Positions 1 through 7,615 of a DNA stretch of 24,000 bases are shown here, one piece after another; within the stretch, counting starts at the first letter, position 1, and every line of letters starts with the position of its first letter. Source of the stretch: Bacillota bacterium (lineage in GTDB: Bacteria; Bacillota; DSM-12270; Thermacetogeniales; Thermacetogeniaceae); NCBI GenBank assembly GCA_013177945.1, contig JABLXW010000015.1, positions 31,395 through 55,394 of the forward strand, read 5' to 3'. The notes below the pieces were generated by a model that worked only from the letters and a program-made list of their open reading frames with translations, did not search any database and was not told the origin of the DNA. The translations under genes and the position numbers were made by a program.

Positions 1-1
1 T

Positions 2-643
2 TACACCGATCCTGCCTTTGCGAAGGAGGTGCTCCTGAGCGACGACCTCCTTCACGAAGTGGTGGAGGACCTGAGGCTCGACGTCCCGCCCTCTCAGTTC
101 CGGTCTTTCAAAGAGTCGATTAAGGTGGAACCTTTAAAAGAGACCAACCTGCTCCGGCTCACCGTCGAAACGGAGGACCCCGCCGAGGGGCAGGCGGTCT
201 TGAAAAAAATGATCGAAATTTTCCAGCGCGGGAGCAGGGCGCAGATTGACCGCCACCGGGGCCTGATTGTGGGAGAACTGGACCGCATCAAGGCGGACCT
301 GGCAGAAGCAGAACAAAACATTAAAGAGACTCAGGCCGCCCTCAAGCGCCTGGCGGCCGGGACGGGAATGGCCGCCGACCTCCAGCAGGCCCGGCTCCTC
401 GACGCCCTGTCGCGCTTTGAGGAGCAGCGCCAGAGCCTGCTCCAGCAGCAGGCCGCCCGCCGGCAGGAGCTCAGCGGCATCGAGGGAATGCAGGTGATCG
501 AAGCGCCCCGGATTCCGGCGGACCCGGTGCGCCCCCGCAAAATGCTGAACATCGCCGTAGCCGCCCTCCTCGGCTTGATGGTTGGCGTCTTCGCCGCCTT
601 TGCCCTCGAATACTTCCGCAGCAACCCCCTGCGAACAACTTAA
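2..643 (+). CDS. Polysaccharide chain-length determinant (Wzz/YveK/CpsC type), 5'-partial
   Basis: The frame is open from the window edge (YTDPAFAKEV precedes the listed M at 29). There is a coiled-coil-like stretch (ADLAEAEQNIKETQAALKRL). The C-terminus IEAPRIPADPVRPRKMLNIAVAALLGLMVGVFAAFALEYF is a GNVR-type motif plus a terminal TM helix. The gene lies directly upstream of a capD-type gene. Confidence 0.8.
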   Translation, partial: YTDPAFAKEVLLSDDLLHEVVEDLRLDVPPSQFRSFKESIKVEPLKETNLLRLTVETEDPAEGQAVLKKMIEIFQRGSRAQIDRHRGLIVGELDRIKADLAEAEQNIKETQAALKRLAAGTGMAADLQQARLLDALSRFEEQRQSLLQQQAARRQELSGIEGMQVIEAPRIPADPVRPRKMLNIAVAALLGLMVGVFAAFALEYFRSNPLRTT

Positions 644-743
644 AGGCATCTGTTATTTAGAGGAAATTCTTGCAGGAGTTTCTTTTCTTTTGTCGAAGCT
701 TTTATCAAAGTCGGGGCTTATACCTGAAGAGTTAAACTGGGAG

Positions 744-2744
744 ATGTGTCTGAGAGAAATGGCGCGGAGAGCAGCAACTTTGCTGTTTTTTGTCCTTGAT
801 GCATTGTTCGTCAACGTCGCCTATCTGGGAGCGCTGGCCCTCCGTTTCGACGCCGCAGTCCCCGCCGAGTATCTGGCGGCTTATTTTACCCTCGCTCCCG
901 CGGCCACTATCCTCACCATCGCAGTTTTTTATTTTTCCGGGCTTTACCGGAAGATGTGGCGTTACGCCGGTGTCCGCGAAATATATGCCATTTTACAGGC
1001 TGTGACCATTGCGAGCCTCCTTGTGGTTGCGGTTGCCTATATCCTCGTTTACCCCTCGGGGGCGGCATCTCCCCTCCCGCGGAGCATTTACCCCCTCGCC
1101 TGGCTCCTCAACATGGCCTTTGTCGGCGCCTCCCGATTAAGCTCCCGTTCGCTGCGGGAAGTGGAGCTGAATGGGAGCCTGGCCTTTTTGCCGGATAATG
1201 GTTGGGGAAAGCAGTTGAAGAGGTTTTTCAGGCTTTGCCCCCGGGGGCCGTTTCAGGAAAACGACCGCCCAGGCAACCCCGGACCCCGCCGGCAGCGGGT
1301 TCTGATTGCTGGAGCCGGGGACGCCGGAGCAATGGTCGTGCGGGAGCTGCGCAACCACCCGGCACTCGGCTATGAACCTGTCGGATTCGTGGACGACGAC
1401 CCGCGCAAAAAAGGGCTTTACCTGCTGGACGTTCCGATTCTGGGGGACCGCTACGACATTCCCCGGCTTGTCGAGGAACTCCAGGTGGACGAGATCATCA
1501 TCGCCATGCCCTCGGTCCCCGGCCGGGTCGTGCGGGAACTGGTGGAGATCGGCAAAACCACAAGAGCCCGGTTGAAAACCGTTCCGGGGATCTACGAGCT
1601 GATCAACGGCAGGGTGTCGGTGAGCCAGATCCGGGAGGTCCAGGTGGAAGACCTGCTGGGGCGGGAGCCGGTGCAACTCGATCTGGAGGAAATCGCCTCC
1701 TATCTTGCGGGGCAGGTGGTGCTGGTGACGGGGGCGGGCGGCTCGATCGGGTCCGAGCTGTGCCGTCAGATCGCCCGCTTTCGGCCCGCTTCCCTCGTGC
1801 TGCTGGACTGCAGCGAAAACAACCTCTTCGAAATCGAGCAGGAACTCCGGGAGCGCCATCCCGGACACATCTGCGCGGAACTGGCAGACGTCCGGGACGG
1901 GGCCAGGGTGGAGCAGATTTTTGAGAGGTACAGGCCGCAGGTGGTTTTCCACGCCGCTGCCCACAAGCACGTCCCGATGATGGAGCGCTGCCCGGAGCAG
2001 GCTGTTTCCAACAACATCCTGGGCACCTATATCGTCGCCGCGGCCGCCTTGCGCTTCCAGAGCAAGATCTTCATCCTCGTTTCCACAGACAAGGCGGTCC
2101 GGCCGCTTAGTGTCATGGGCGCCACGAAACGCGCCGCGGAGATGCTGATCCAGTACCTCAATGAAAAAGGCAGAAAGGAAAACCTCCCAACCCGCTTCGC
2201 GGCGGTCCGGTTCGGCAACGTCCTGGGGAGCCGGGGGAGCGTGATCCCGATTTTCAAGCGCCAGATCGCGCGGGGCGGCCCCGTAACGGTGACCCATCCG
2301 GAGATGGTGCGCTACTTCATGACGATTCCGGAGGCGGTGCAGCTGATCATCCAGGCCGGGGCGCTCGCCGAGGGCGGGGAGATCTTCGTGCTGGACATGG
2401 GAGAGCCGGTGAAGATCGTGGACCTCGCCCGTGATCTCATCCGCCTCTCCGGTCTGGTTCCCGGCCGGGACATCGAGATCAGGTTTACGGGAATCCGCCC
2501 CGGCGAGAAATTGAAAGAGGAGCTGTTTACCCCTCAAGAGGAGAGGACGGCCACCAGAAACAGCAGGATTTTCATCGCCCGGCAGTGCGGCTTCGACTCC
2601 GGGGTGGCCGCGGCCCTGATCGACCACCTCAGGCTTGGCTTCGGTCTGAAGTCCCCTGAAGAGGCGCTTGCCCTACTGGGGTGGCTCTTTCCCGCCTGGC
2701 GCCGGACTCCGGAAGATGCGGCACCGGAGCACGTGGTATCATGA
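744..2744 (+). CDS. CapD/WbpM/PglF-type membrane-anchored NDP-sugar 4,6-dehydratase/epimerase (polysaccharide biosynthesis protein)
   Basis: Hydrophobic N-terminal helices are followed by two Rossmann glycine motifs (VLIAGAGDAGAMV, VLVTGAGGSIGSEL). Also present are STDKAVRP...MGATKR and RFGNVLGSRGSV, typical of this family. The ORF-track start at 582 would overlap the upstream gene by 62 nt. ATG 744 (or 759) sits just before the first TM helix, so the start is uncertain. Confidence 0.9.
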   Translation: MCLREMARRAATLLFFVLDALFVNVAYLGALALRFDAAVPAEYLAAYFTLAPAATILTIAVFYFSGLYRKMWRYAGVREIYAILQAVTIASLLVVAVAYILVYPSGAASPLPRSIYPLAWLLNMAFVGASRLSSRSLREVELNGSLAFLPDNGWGKQLKRFFRLCPRGPFQENDRPGNPGPRRQRVLIAGAGDAGAMVVRELRNHPALGYEPVGFVDDDPRKKGLYLLDVPILGDRYDIPRLVEELQVDEIIIAMPSVPGRVVRELVEIGKTTRARLKTVPGIYELINGRVSVSQIREVQVEDLLGREPVQLDLEEIASYLAGQVVLVTGAGGSIGSELCRQIARFRPASLVLLDCSENNLFEIEQELRERHPGHICAELADVRDGARVEQIFERYRPQVVFHAAAHKHVPMMERCPEQAVSNNILGTYIVAAAALRFQSKIFILVSTDKAVRPLSVMGATKRAAEMLIQYLNEKGRKENLPTRFAAVRFGNVLGSRGSVIPIFKRQIARGGPVTVTHPEMVRYFMTIPEAVQLIIQAGALAEGGEIFVLDMGEPVKIVDLARDLIRLSGLVPGRDIEIRFTGIRPGEKLKEELFTPQEERTATRNSRIFIARQCGFDSGVAAALIDHLRLGFGLKSPEEALALLGWLFPAWRRTPEDAAPEHVVS

Positions 2745-3339
2745 AAACGCCAGGCTTCGGAGCGGGAGCCGGGCTCCGCTCTGCCACCCTTTCGAAGGCC
2801 CTGCTGAGAAGGGGATTTTCCCCGGGCCTGTCGGTAAAGAGCCTGTGGAGGGAGGGCCTGCCGGTGAAGAGGGAGGCCGCCTCCCTCTCGATGAGCCTGG
2901 CCTGGGCGAGCAGGTTCCGCAGGCTGGCCGGCCTCTGGGGCACGTCCAGGTGCGTCCCGTCCACAAAAATGAGCCGCGTCAGGCCGGATTTGCCTCCCGG
3001 GATGATCTCGGTGATTTTCCCCTTCACCACATAGGCCCGCGTTCCGTCGTCCTTCACCCGGGCGCGGCGGGCGCGCACCGGGATCAGGACGAAGTCGGGG
3101 CGCAGGGGGAGGGGGAGGGCGTAGCGCCGCCCGCTCACCTCTGCGTACTTTCTGTAGGCTGCCTGCAGATCGAGGGTGAAATGGCGGGCAAGCCGGCGGA
3201 CCAGGGTCTTCGTCCTCAAGGGGCTGAAGACGGGCTCCTGATTTTCCAGGCGGATTTCCGTCCCGTTCGTCCCGTCTCGGGCGTAAACCGGAACAAGGCA
3301 CAGGAGTTCCGGCCAGATTTTTAAGAGATCAGCGTTCAT
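2629..3339 (-). CDS. Hypothetical protein, function unknown (only a weak ComK-like residue pattern)
   Basis: This 236-aa ORF has a start that overlaps the amidase stop by 11 nt, giving operon-like coupling. The pattern LVPV...PLPLRPDFVLIPV...IFVDGTHLDVP loosely recalls ComK family spacing, but I cannot verify this. The 3' end overlaps the convergent capD-type gene by 116 nt. Confidence 0.55.
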   Translation of the reverse strand: MNADLLKIWPELLCLVPVYARDGTNGTEIRLENQEPVFSPLRTKTLVRRLARHFTLDLQAAYRKYAEVSGRRYALPLPLRPDFVLIPVRARRARVKDDGTRAYVVKGKITEIIPGGKSGLTRLIFVDGTHLDVPQRPASLRNLLAQARLIEREAASLFTGRPSLHRLFTDRPGENPLLSRAFERVAERSPAPAPKPGVFMIPRAPVPHLPESGARRERATPVGQAPLQGTSDRSQA

Positions 3340-3859
3340 GGTTTCTCACCTCCCGGGCTATTTTATCCGAACATTTGTTCTGTGTCAAGCTGCCCCGGTC
3401 AGGGCTTATCTGGCGCCGGGTGCCCTCTGGGCGCGATGCAAGCAGGGCGCGGATCTGCTCCTCCTTGAAAAAGCGGCCCGGGCAGAGGGTTGCGGCCCCC
3501 GGGACCTCCCTGTGCCCCAGTACGTTGCCGGGCGGGATCCCGTGTTCCTTCAGGAGCCTCCTGAGGAGAGCCGCGAGGGCTTCCACCTGGGGCGGGAGCG
3601 GGGGGTGGTTTTCGAAGTTCCCGATGCAGGCGACCCCGATTCCCCTGAAGTTCATTCTCCCCGCCCGGCAGTGGGCGCCGGGAAGCGAAAGATCCCGCCC
3701 GGGTACCACCCTGCCGTCCCGCTCGATCAGGTAATGGTAGCCCACGTCCCGCCAGCCCAGGCTCTTATGGTAGGCCCGCACGGCTTGAGCGTCCTTCTCC
3801 TCAGCCCCCGTATGGTGGATGATGATGTGCGTCCAGCGCCTGTTTTTCATGCCTTTCAC
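3329..3859 (-). CDS. N-acetylmuramoyl-L-alanine amidase (Amidase_2 / PGRP fold)
   Basis: Motifs: WTHIIIHHTG, AYHKSLGWRDVGYHYLIERDG, GAHCRAGRMNFRGIGVACIGNF, VLGHREVPGAATLCPG. The start is GTG, with GGGAG 8 nt upstream. Confidence 0.9.
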   Translation of the reverse strand: MKGMKNRRWTHIIIHHTGAEEKDAQAVRAYHKSLGWRDVGYHYLIERDGRVVPGRDLSLPGAHCRAGRMNFRGIGVACIGNFENHPPLPPQVEALAALLRRLLKEHGIPPGNVLGHREVPGAATLCPGRFFKEEQIRALLASRPEGTRRQISPDRGSLTQNKCSDKIAREVRNHER

Positions 3860-3887
3860 CTTCGTTTCTCCCTGTTTTCTCCGGTGC

Positions 3888-4118
3888 TCACAGCGCCGGG
3901 CCGGATGGAGTATGATAAGCCCGGCGGGCCGTCAGGACCTCTTCGCCCGGTGCGCTCACCTCGGCGCCCGGGAGGTGCAGGGCGACTGCAAGCACCTGCT
4001 CGAGGCGGCCGATGGCGCCGGTTAAGGCCTCCAGCTTTTTTTCCAGCCGCACCAGCAGGTAGACCGCAATCACCATCGGGAAGCCGTAATTGCCGAATTG
4101 CACCAGGATCTCCTCCAT
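3888..4118 (-). CDS. yvrJ: YvrJ family small membrane protein
   Basis: The N-terminus MEEILVQFGNYGFPMVIAVYLLVRLEKKLEALTGAIGRLEQ matches the YvrJ pattern (GNFGFP..VAxYLLVRxExKL). A strong RBS (GGGAGGGAG) precedes ATG 4118. The gene is clustered with DUF1659/DUF2922, as is usual in Firmicutes. Confidence 0.8.
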   Translation of the reverse strand: MEEILVQFGNYGFPMVIAVYLLVRLEKKLEALTGAIGRLEQVLAVALHLPGAEVSAPGEEVLTARRAYHTPSGPAL

Positions 4119-4274
4119 TTTTACTCCCTCCCTTCCTGTCCGGCACTCAATCCTTGGGTGCTGAGTGCTAGGCTTTTCCGTATTCTCCCGGCCCCCTTGA
4201 AGGGGTGCCCGCCTGCCGTTTTCAGGATCTTGAGCCTTGCCCCGGCAGGCGGGCTGTCCAGGCCTTCAGCCGAA

Positions 4275-4496
4275 TTAAGCAGTAATCAGGTCTGTCGTGT
4301 CCCTGCTGACGATCCGGGCCCCGAGAATCGCCGTCGCGCTCCCCGTCCTTGATGTGAAGACGTTCCTGGCGATGATGGTGTTCATCGCCGCCTCTACCTC
4401 GGCGGGGGTGAGGTTCTCGCGGGGATCGGGCACGGCGATCCGGAGCCTCCCTCCTCCGGCGGTCTGGAAGATCAGCTCAAGCCTCCTGGTGAGCAC
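4275..4496 (-). CDS. DUF2922 family protein
   Basis: RLELIFQTAGGGRLRIAVPDPRENLTPAEVEAAMNTII is the typical DUF2922 pattern. The start is GTG with GGAGGTG 7 nt upstream. It lies downstream of a DUF1659 gene. Confidence 0.8.
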   Translation of the reverse strand: MLTRRLELIFQTAGGGRLRIAVPDPRENLTPAEVEAAMNTIIARNVFTSRTGSATAILGARIVSRDTTDLITA

Positions 4497-4562
4497 CCTG
4501 TTTCACCTCCCTCATGAAAAGTATTTGCAGCACCCGGCACTCAGGAGTGCCGGGGAGGCGGC

Positions 4563-4787
4563 TTAGACGGCCACGAGGTCCACTTCATTCAGCCGCTGGA
4601 TGGCGTTGAGCGGGTGGATCTGGAGTCCGGCCAGCACCTGCCCGACCTCGTAAACGTCCGCGTCCTGGGCCTCGGTCTTCACGTTCCGGTAGGAGCGGGT
4701 GCGGAGCACCGGGTCTCCGTTGGCGTCGATCCCCGTCTGCACCACCAGCTGGAGGGTGGACTGCACGGGCATTGCGTTCACAGCCAT
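4563..4787 (-). CDS. DUF1659 family protein
   Basis: MAVNAMPVQSTLQLVVQTGIDANGDPVLRTRSYRNVK...VYEVGQVLAGLQ is the typical DUF1659 pattern. ATG 4787 has GGGAGGTG at correct spacing. The ORF-track GTG at 4796 abuts the RBS. Confidence 0.8.
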   Translation of the reverse strand: MAVNAMPVQSTLQLVVQTGIDANGDPVLRTRSYRNVKTEAQDADVYEVGQVLAGLQIHPLNAIQRLNEVDLVAV

Positions 4788-5048
4788 TCTCTTCACCTCC
4801 CTTCCCGATTGCTCGCCCCTATTTTAAAGGGGGGTTCGCGGGTGCGGCAAAATCCGCATCACGCAAATGCGAAGCCTCCGGCGGGGGGAATTTGAGAGAT
4901 GCGAAGGGTGGAAGGACGGACCGGGGAAGCGGGCCTCTCACTTGGGCTGTCTGCGGACGGCGCACAGGGGCGCACTTCCCGGCCGCGTCAGCGGGAGGCC
5001 GCAAAGAGCGAAAGAGAGCCCGGAATTTCCGGAATACCACTTGCAGGT

Positions 5049-5077
5049 CAAACAAGGGGACGGTTCTCTTGTTTGCC
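5049..5077 (-). repeat. Solitary inverted-orientation copy of the repeat-family hairpin
   Basis: caaacaaggggacggttctcttgtttgcc is the exact reverse complement of the hairpin caaacaagagaaccgtccccttgtttg found in repeat copies C-E. The flanks are not shared. Confidence 0.45.
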
Positions 5078-5367
5078 TTCAGCCGCTCATCCGCTCATCG
5101 GCCGTCCAGCCGGGTTGCCCGGGGGCGGTCAAAAAGAGTGGTGGTAAAATTATTCATGAAAGGTTATAATGGCCCTGGGGCGGTCCCGGGGCATGCGGTA
5201 GCGGAGATTAAGGCAGGGCAGCCGTTTCTTCTGCCGGCTGCGTCGCCCTCGCCCCTGCCCAAAGCCGCGGGGAGCCCCGCGGCCGCCGGGGATCCGGGTT
5301 TCGCGCTGCTGGAAAGCGCCGCCTCGTTTTCTGGCTCTCGAGAAAAACTGGTCAAAGGGGGGTTTTA

Positions 5368-5904
5368 GTGAAGCATCCCAACGCTAAGGGGAGGACCTCC
5401 AGGGTTTTAAAAACTTTTTCAGAGCGCCACAGGCGTTACCTTGCGGCCGTGCTCCGCGAAATCAAGCAGTTTTACCGCGAGAACTTGCTTGGCCTTGCAA
5501 TTTTCGGCTCTTACGCCCGCCAGGAGAACCGTCTGAACTCCGACCTCGACCTCCTCATTATTCTCGAGAAGGCACCTGGGCTTAGCTGTCGCCTTGAGGA
5601 GTTTGTGGAGCACGTAGAAATGAAGCACGAGGCCCTTGCCCAGGAGATGTACGAGCAGGAAGGCATCTTTTGCGAACTTTCTCCTTACATCCTGACGCTG
5701 GAGGAGGCTCTGAAGCTTCAGTCAATTTACTTCGACCTTGTGGATCACCACTTGATTCTTTACGACCCTAGGGGTCTGCTTGCGCGGATTATCAGCTCGA
5801 CAAGGAAGTTTTTGGAGCAGGCGGGGGCGAAGAAGGAGCGGGAGGGAAACACTTGGGAATGGGACATAACAAAGTTTGGCTTCTCCGGGGGGGTTGAGCT
5901 GTGA
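5368..5904 (+). CDS. Nucleotidyltransferase-domain protein (MNT-like, long form)
   Basis: LAIFGSYARQENRLNSDLDLLIIL is the GS-x(9-10)-D-x-D polymerase-beta-type NTase motif. The start is GTG after GGGGGG. Its stop overlaps (GTGA) the start of a HEPN remnant. Confidence 0.8.
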   Translation: MKHPNAKGRTSRVLKTFSERHRRYLAAVLREIKQFYRENLLGLAIFGSYARQENRLNSDLDLLIILEKAPGLSCRLEEFVEHVEMKHEALAQEMYEQEGIFCELSPYILTLEEALKLQSIYFDLVDHHLILYDPRGLLARIISSTRKFLEQAGAKKEREGNTWEWDITKFGFSGGVEL

Positions 5905-6065
5905 GAAAGGATGCACTTGCTGCGGCTTACCTGAAGAAGGCAGAAGTGCGCTTCCAGGCGCTGCTTTTTTATAAGGAGCGCGGGGCTTATTCTGACGTGG
6001 TGCGGGAAGCCCAGGAGATGGTAGAGCTTTTGCTGAAAGCAGTGCTGCGGGGGATTGGCGCATGA
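5901..6065 (+). pseudogene. HEPN-domain gene remnant (N-terminal ~54 codons, then frameshift/stop)
   Basis: My translation from GTG 5901 is VRKDALAAAYLKKAEVRFQALLFYKERGAYSDVVREAQEMVELLLKAVLRGIGA*. The expected HDLVK continuation appears in the +1 frame straight after the stop and then terminates. The start is coupled to the upstream NTase by a 4-nt overlap. Confidence 0.55.
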
Positions 6066-6128
6066 CCTGGTAAAAGATCCGGTACATGTTTTGATGATGA
6101 GAAATGACGGAAGCTAAACAGCGCCTGC

Positions 6129-6194
6129 GTTTACCTTAAGCCAGCTGCGGAAAAAGACCTGCGCTGCCTGCCGAAACCTGTTGTGAAAAACAGG
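6129..6194 (+). pseudogene. Possible RelE/ParE-type toxin N-terminal fragment
   Basis: Translation VYLKPAAEKDLRCLPKPVVKNR resembles the conserved 'A.kDL..Lpk.v.kr' N-terminus of RelE/ParE toxins. There is no start codon and no remainder of the gene. Confidence 0.3.
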
Positions 6195-6312
6195 TCGTTT
6201 GCTTCCTTTAAGAAAGTCACCCTTGCTTTTGTAAAAATCTGCCGTTATAATGAATCAGAGGGCCTCAGAGGGCCAGAGAAATAAGGCACCGGGAAGGAAG
6301 AGGAGGTCAGCC

Positions 6313-6714
6313 GTGGAGAGAAGTCGTGACTGGATGGATCAGGCCGAAGGGGATCTCCGGCACGCTCAAAGTGATTTAGAGCATGGTTTCTATGAGTGGG
6401 CCTGTTTCTCTTCCCAGCAGGCGGCCGAGAAGGCGGTGAAGGCTGTTTTTCAAAAGATGGGAGCCGAGGCCTGGGGGCACTCCGTGGCGGACCTCCTTAA
6501 AGAGCTTGCAAAGAGGCAGCCGGTTTCGGAGGACTTGCTCAATGGGGCTTACGAGCTCGACAAGGCCTACATCCCTGCCCGCTACCCCAACGCCCATCCT
6601 TCCGGCTCCCCCCGCGAGCGCTATACTCGAGAAGAGGCACGGAGGCTGATTAACCATGCAGAGAAGATCATCAAGTTCTGTAAAAGTCTTCTATCCCGAA
6701 CTGACCAGGGCTGA
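6313..6714 (+). CDS. HEPN domain protein
   Basis: VERSRDWMDQAEGDLRHAQSDLEHGFYEWACFSSQQAAEKAVKAVFQKMGAEAWGHSVADLL...IPARYP has HEPN helices and an R-x4-6-H-like region. GTG 6313 is preceded by GAGGAGG at 6-nt spacing. The ORF-track start at 6250 lies in a scar region. Confidence 0.85.
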   Translation: MERSRDWMDQAEGDLRHAQSDLEHGFYEWACFSSQQAAEKAVKAVFQKMGAEAWGHSVADLLKELAKRQPVSEDLLNGAYELDKAYIPARYPNAHPSGSPRERYTREEARRLINHAEKIIKFCKSLLSRTDQG

Positions 6715-7042
6715 GGTGATTCGCCTTCTCTCTGAGCGGCTGAAGGAGCTCAACGAAAAGCTCCCACTGGTGCGGGCGGTCCTTTTTGGCTCGTATGCCA
6801 GGGGAAACTATACGGCCGGAAGCGATATCGACCTCCTGATCGTCTACCGGGGAGAGGAGCGGGAGGAAGCCTACACCCTTGCAAGGAAAGTGTTGGACCT
6901 GCCCCGGCTGGAGCCTCATGTCTATGCGGAGCCGGAGTACGCGGAGATGGAAAAGACGGTGCAGGCGATGACCAGGGACGGCATCGTGCTCCTGCCGTCG
7001 GCCGGCGGCGAGCGGTGTTCTCCCGACGATTGGAAAAATTAA
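6656..7042 (+). CDS. Minimal nucleotidyltransferase (MNT-type)
   Basis: AVLFGSYARGNYTAGSDIDLLIVY is the NTase motif. The gene is paired with the upstream HEPN gene. An alternative GTG start at 6716, 2 nt after the HEPN stop, is equally plausible. Confidence 0.85.
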   Translation: MQRRSSSSVKVFYPELTRAEVIRLLSERLKELNEKLPLVRAVLFGSYARGNYTAGSDIDLLIVYRGEEREEAYTLARKVLDLPRLEPHVYAEPEYAEMEKTVQAMTRDGIVLLPSAGGERCSPDDWKN

Positions 7043-7348
7043 AATCCTTCGGCTCCCCAAATTTCGGCTTGCCCGGATGGAACCGCTGCTCGGCGTTTCC
7101 TCCGTTCGTCTCTCCCGTTGAGGTGCTTCCCGCCGCATGTGGACACCGGCGCCGCGATCCCGCCGTCTCGAAGAGCCGCTGAATGGCCGCGCGTCCTGAA
7201 TCAGCACCATCATCCCCCGGCAGTCAACCCCGTGAGGAGGTTCGAACGGGAGTCGTGGTTTTGAGCGGTGGAATTTGTGATAAACTATTGATGAGAAGTT
7301 GAGGAATGTTTTGTCAGGGCAGGTGGTTTCTGGTGGACGCATCGAGGC

Positions 7349-7615
7349 TTGAGGAAGAAAAGGGGAAGGCACGCAGCTCTGCTGCGCTCGGAGGTCGCTC
7401 GTCTGACGGAGGAACTCTGCAGGCTGGGGGCGAAAAAGATCGTGCTTTTTGGCTCGCTGGCGCGCGGCCGCCTGGACCTTTTCACGGACATCGATCTTCT
7501 GGTTGTGATGGAGAGCGACCTGCCGTTTGTTGAAAGGAGCGGCTGGGTCTACCGGAAGCTCATGCCCCGTGTGGATGCCGATATTATAGTCTATACCGGG
7601 GAAGAGTTTGTGTGA
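7349..7615 (+). CDS. Short minimal nucleotidyltransferase (MNT-type), 88 aa
   Basis: IVLFGSLARGRLDLFTDIDLLVVM is the NTase motif. The only available start is TTG at 7349. Its stop overlaps the next MNT start (TGATG). Confidence 0.7.
   Translation: MRKKRGRHAALLRSEVARLTEELCRLGAKKIVLFGSLARGRLDLFTDIDLLVVMESDLPFVERSGWVYRKLMPRVDADIIVYTGEEFV

Noticed and set aside
582-743. ORF-track start at 582 for the CapD-type gene, and the similar upstream-extended starts at 6250, 11811, 14396 and 19132
   Set aside because: These extensions overlap upstream genes or repeat/leader DNA and lack an RBS. The internal starts I chose have GGAGG-type sites at proper spacing and give family-typical N-termini.
1137-2627. 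496-aa minus-strand ORF
   Set aside because: It is exactly antisense to the well-supported CapD-type gene. It is Arg/Pro/Gly/His-rich and low in complexity, with no motifs. This is the typical shadow ORF of GC-rich DNA.
2534-4171. Alternative-frame ORFs 2534-3301 (-), 2668-3324 (+), 3338-4171 (+), 3375-3734 (+) and 3856-4146 (-)
   Set aside because: They overlap the amidase, YvrJ and 236-aa genes in other frames. They are Pro/Arg/Gly-rich, whereas the chosen frames carry recognisable family motifs and RBSs.
4772-5368. 198-aa plus-strand ORF
   Set aside because: It is low-complexity (runs of G/A/R/S/P). It spans divergent promoter DNA and the hairpin repeat, and has no RBS.
7230-7260. tRNA-like T-loop string ggttcgaac
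   Set aside because: The flanking bases do not form a T-stem (ggagg / gggag are not complementary). No acceptor or anticodon arms can be drawn.
7043-7348. Possible gene fragment in the MNT-to-MNT spacer (for example a TnpB-like tail on the minus strand)
   Set aside because: I saw only vague resemblance in one frame (…STGETNGGNAEQRFHPGKPKFGEP). There was no diagnostic motif, so I left it unannotated.
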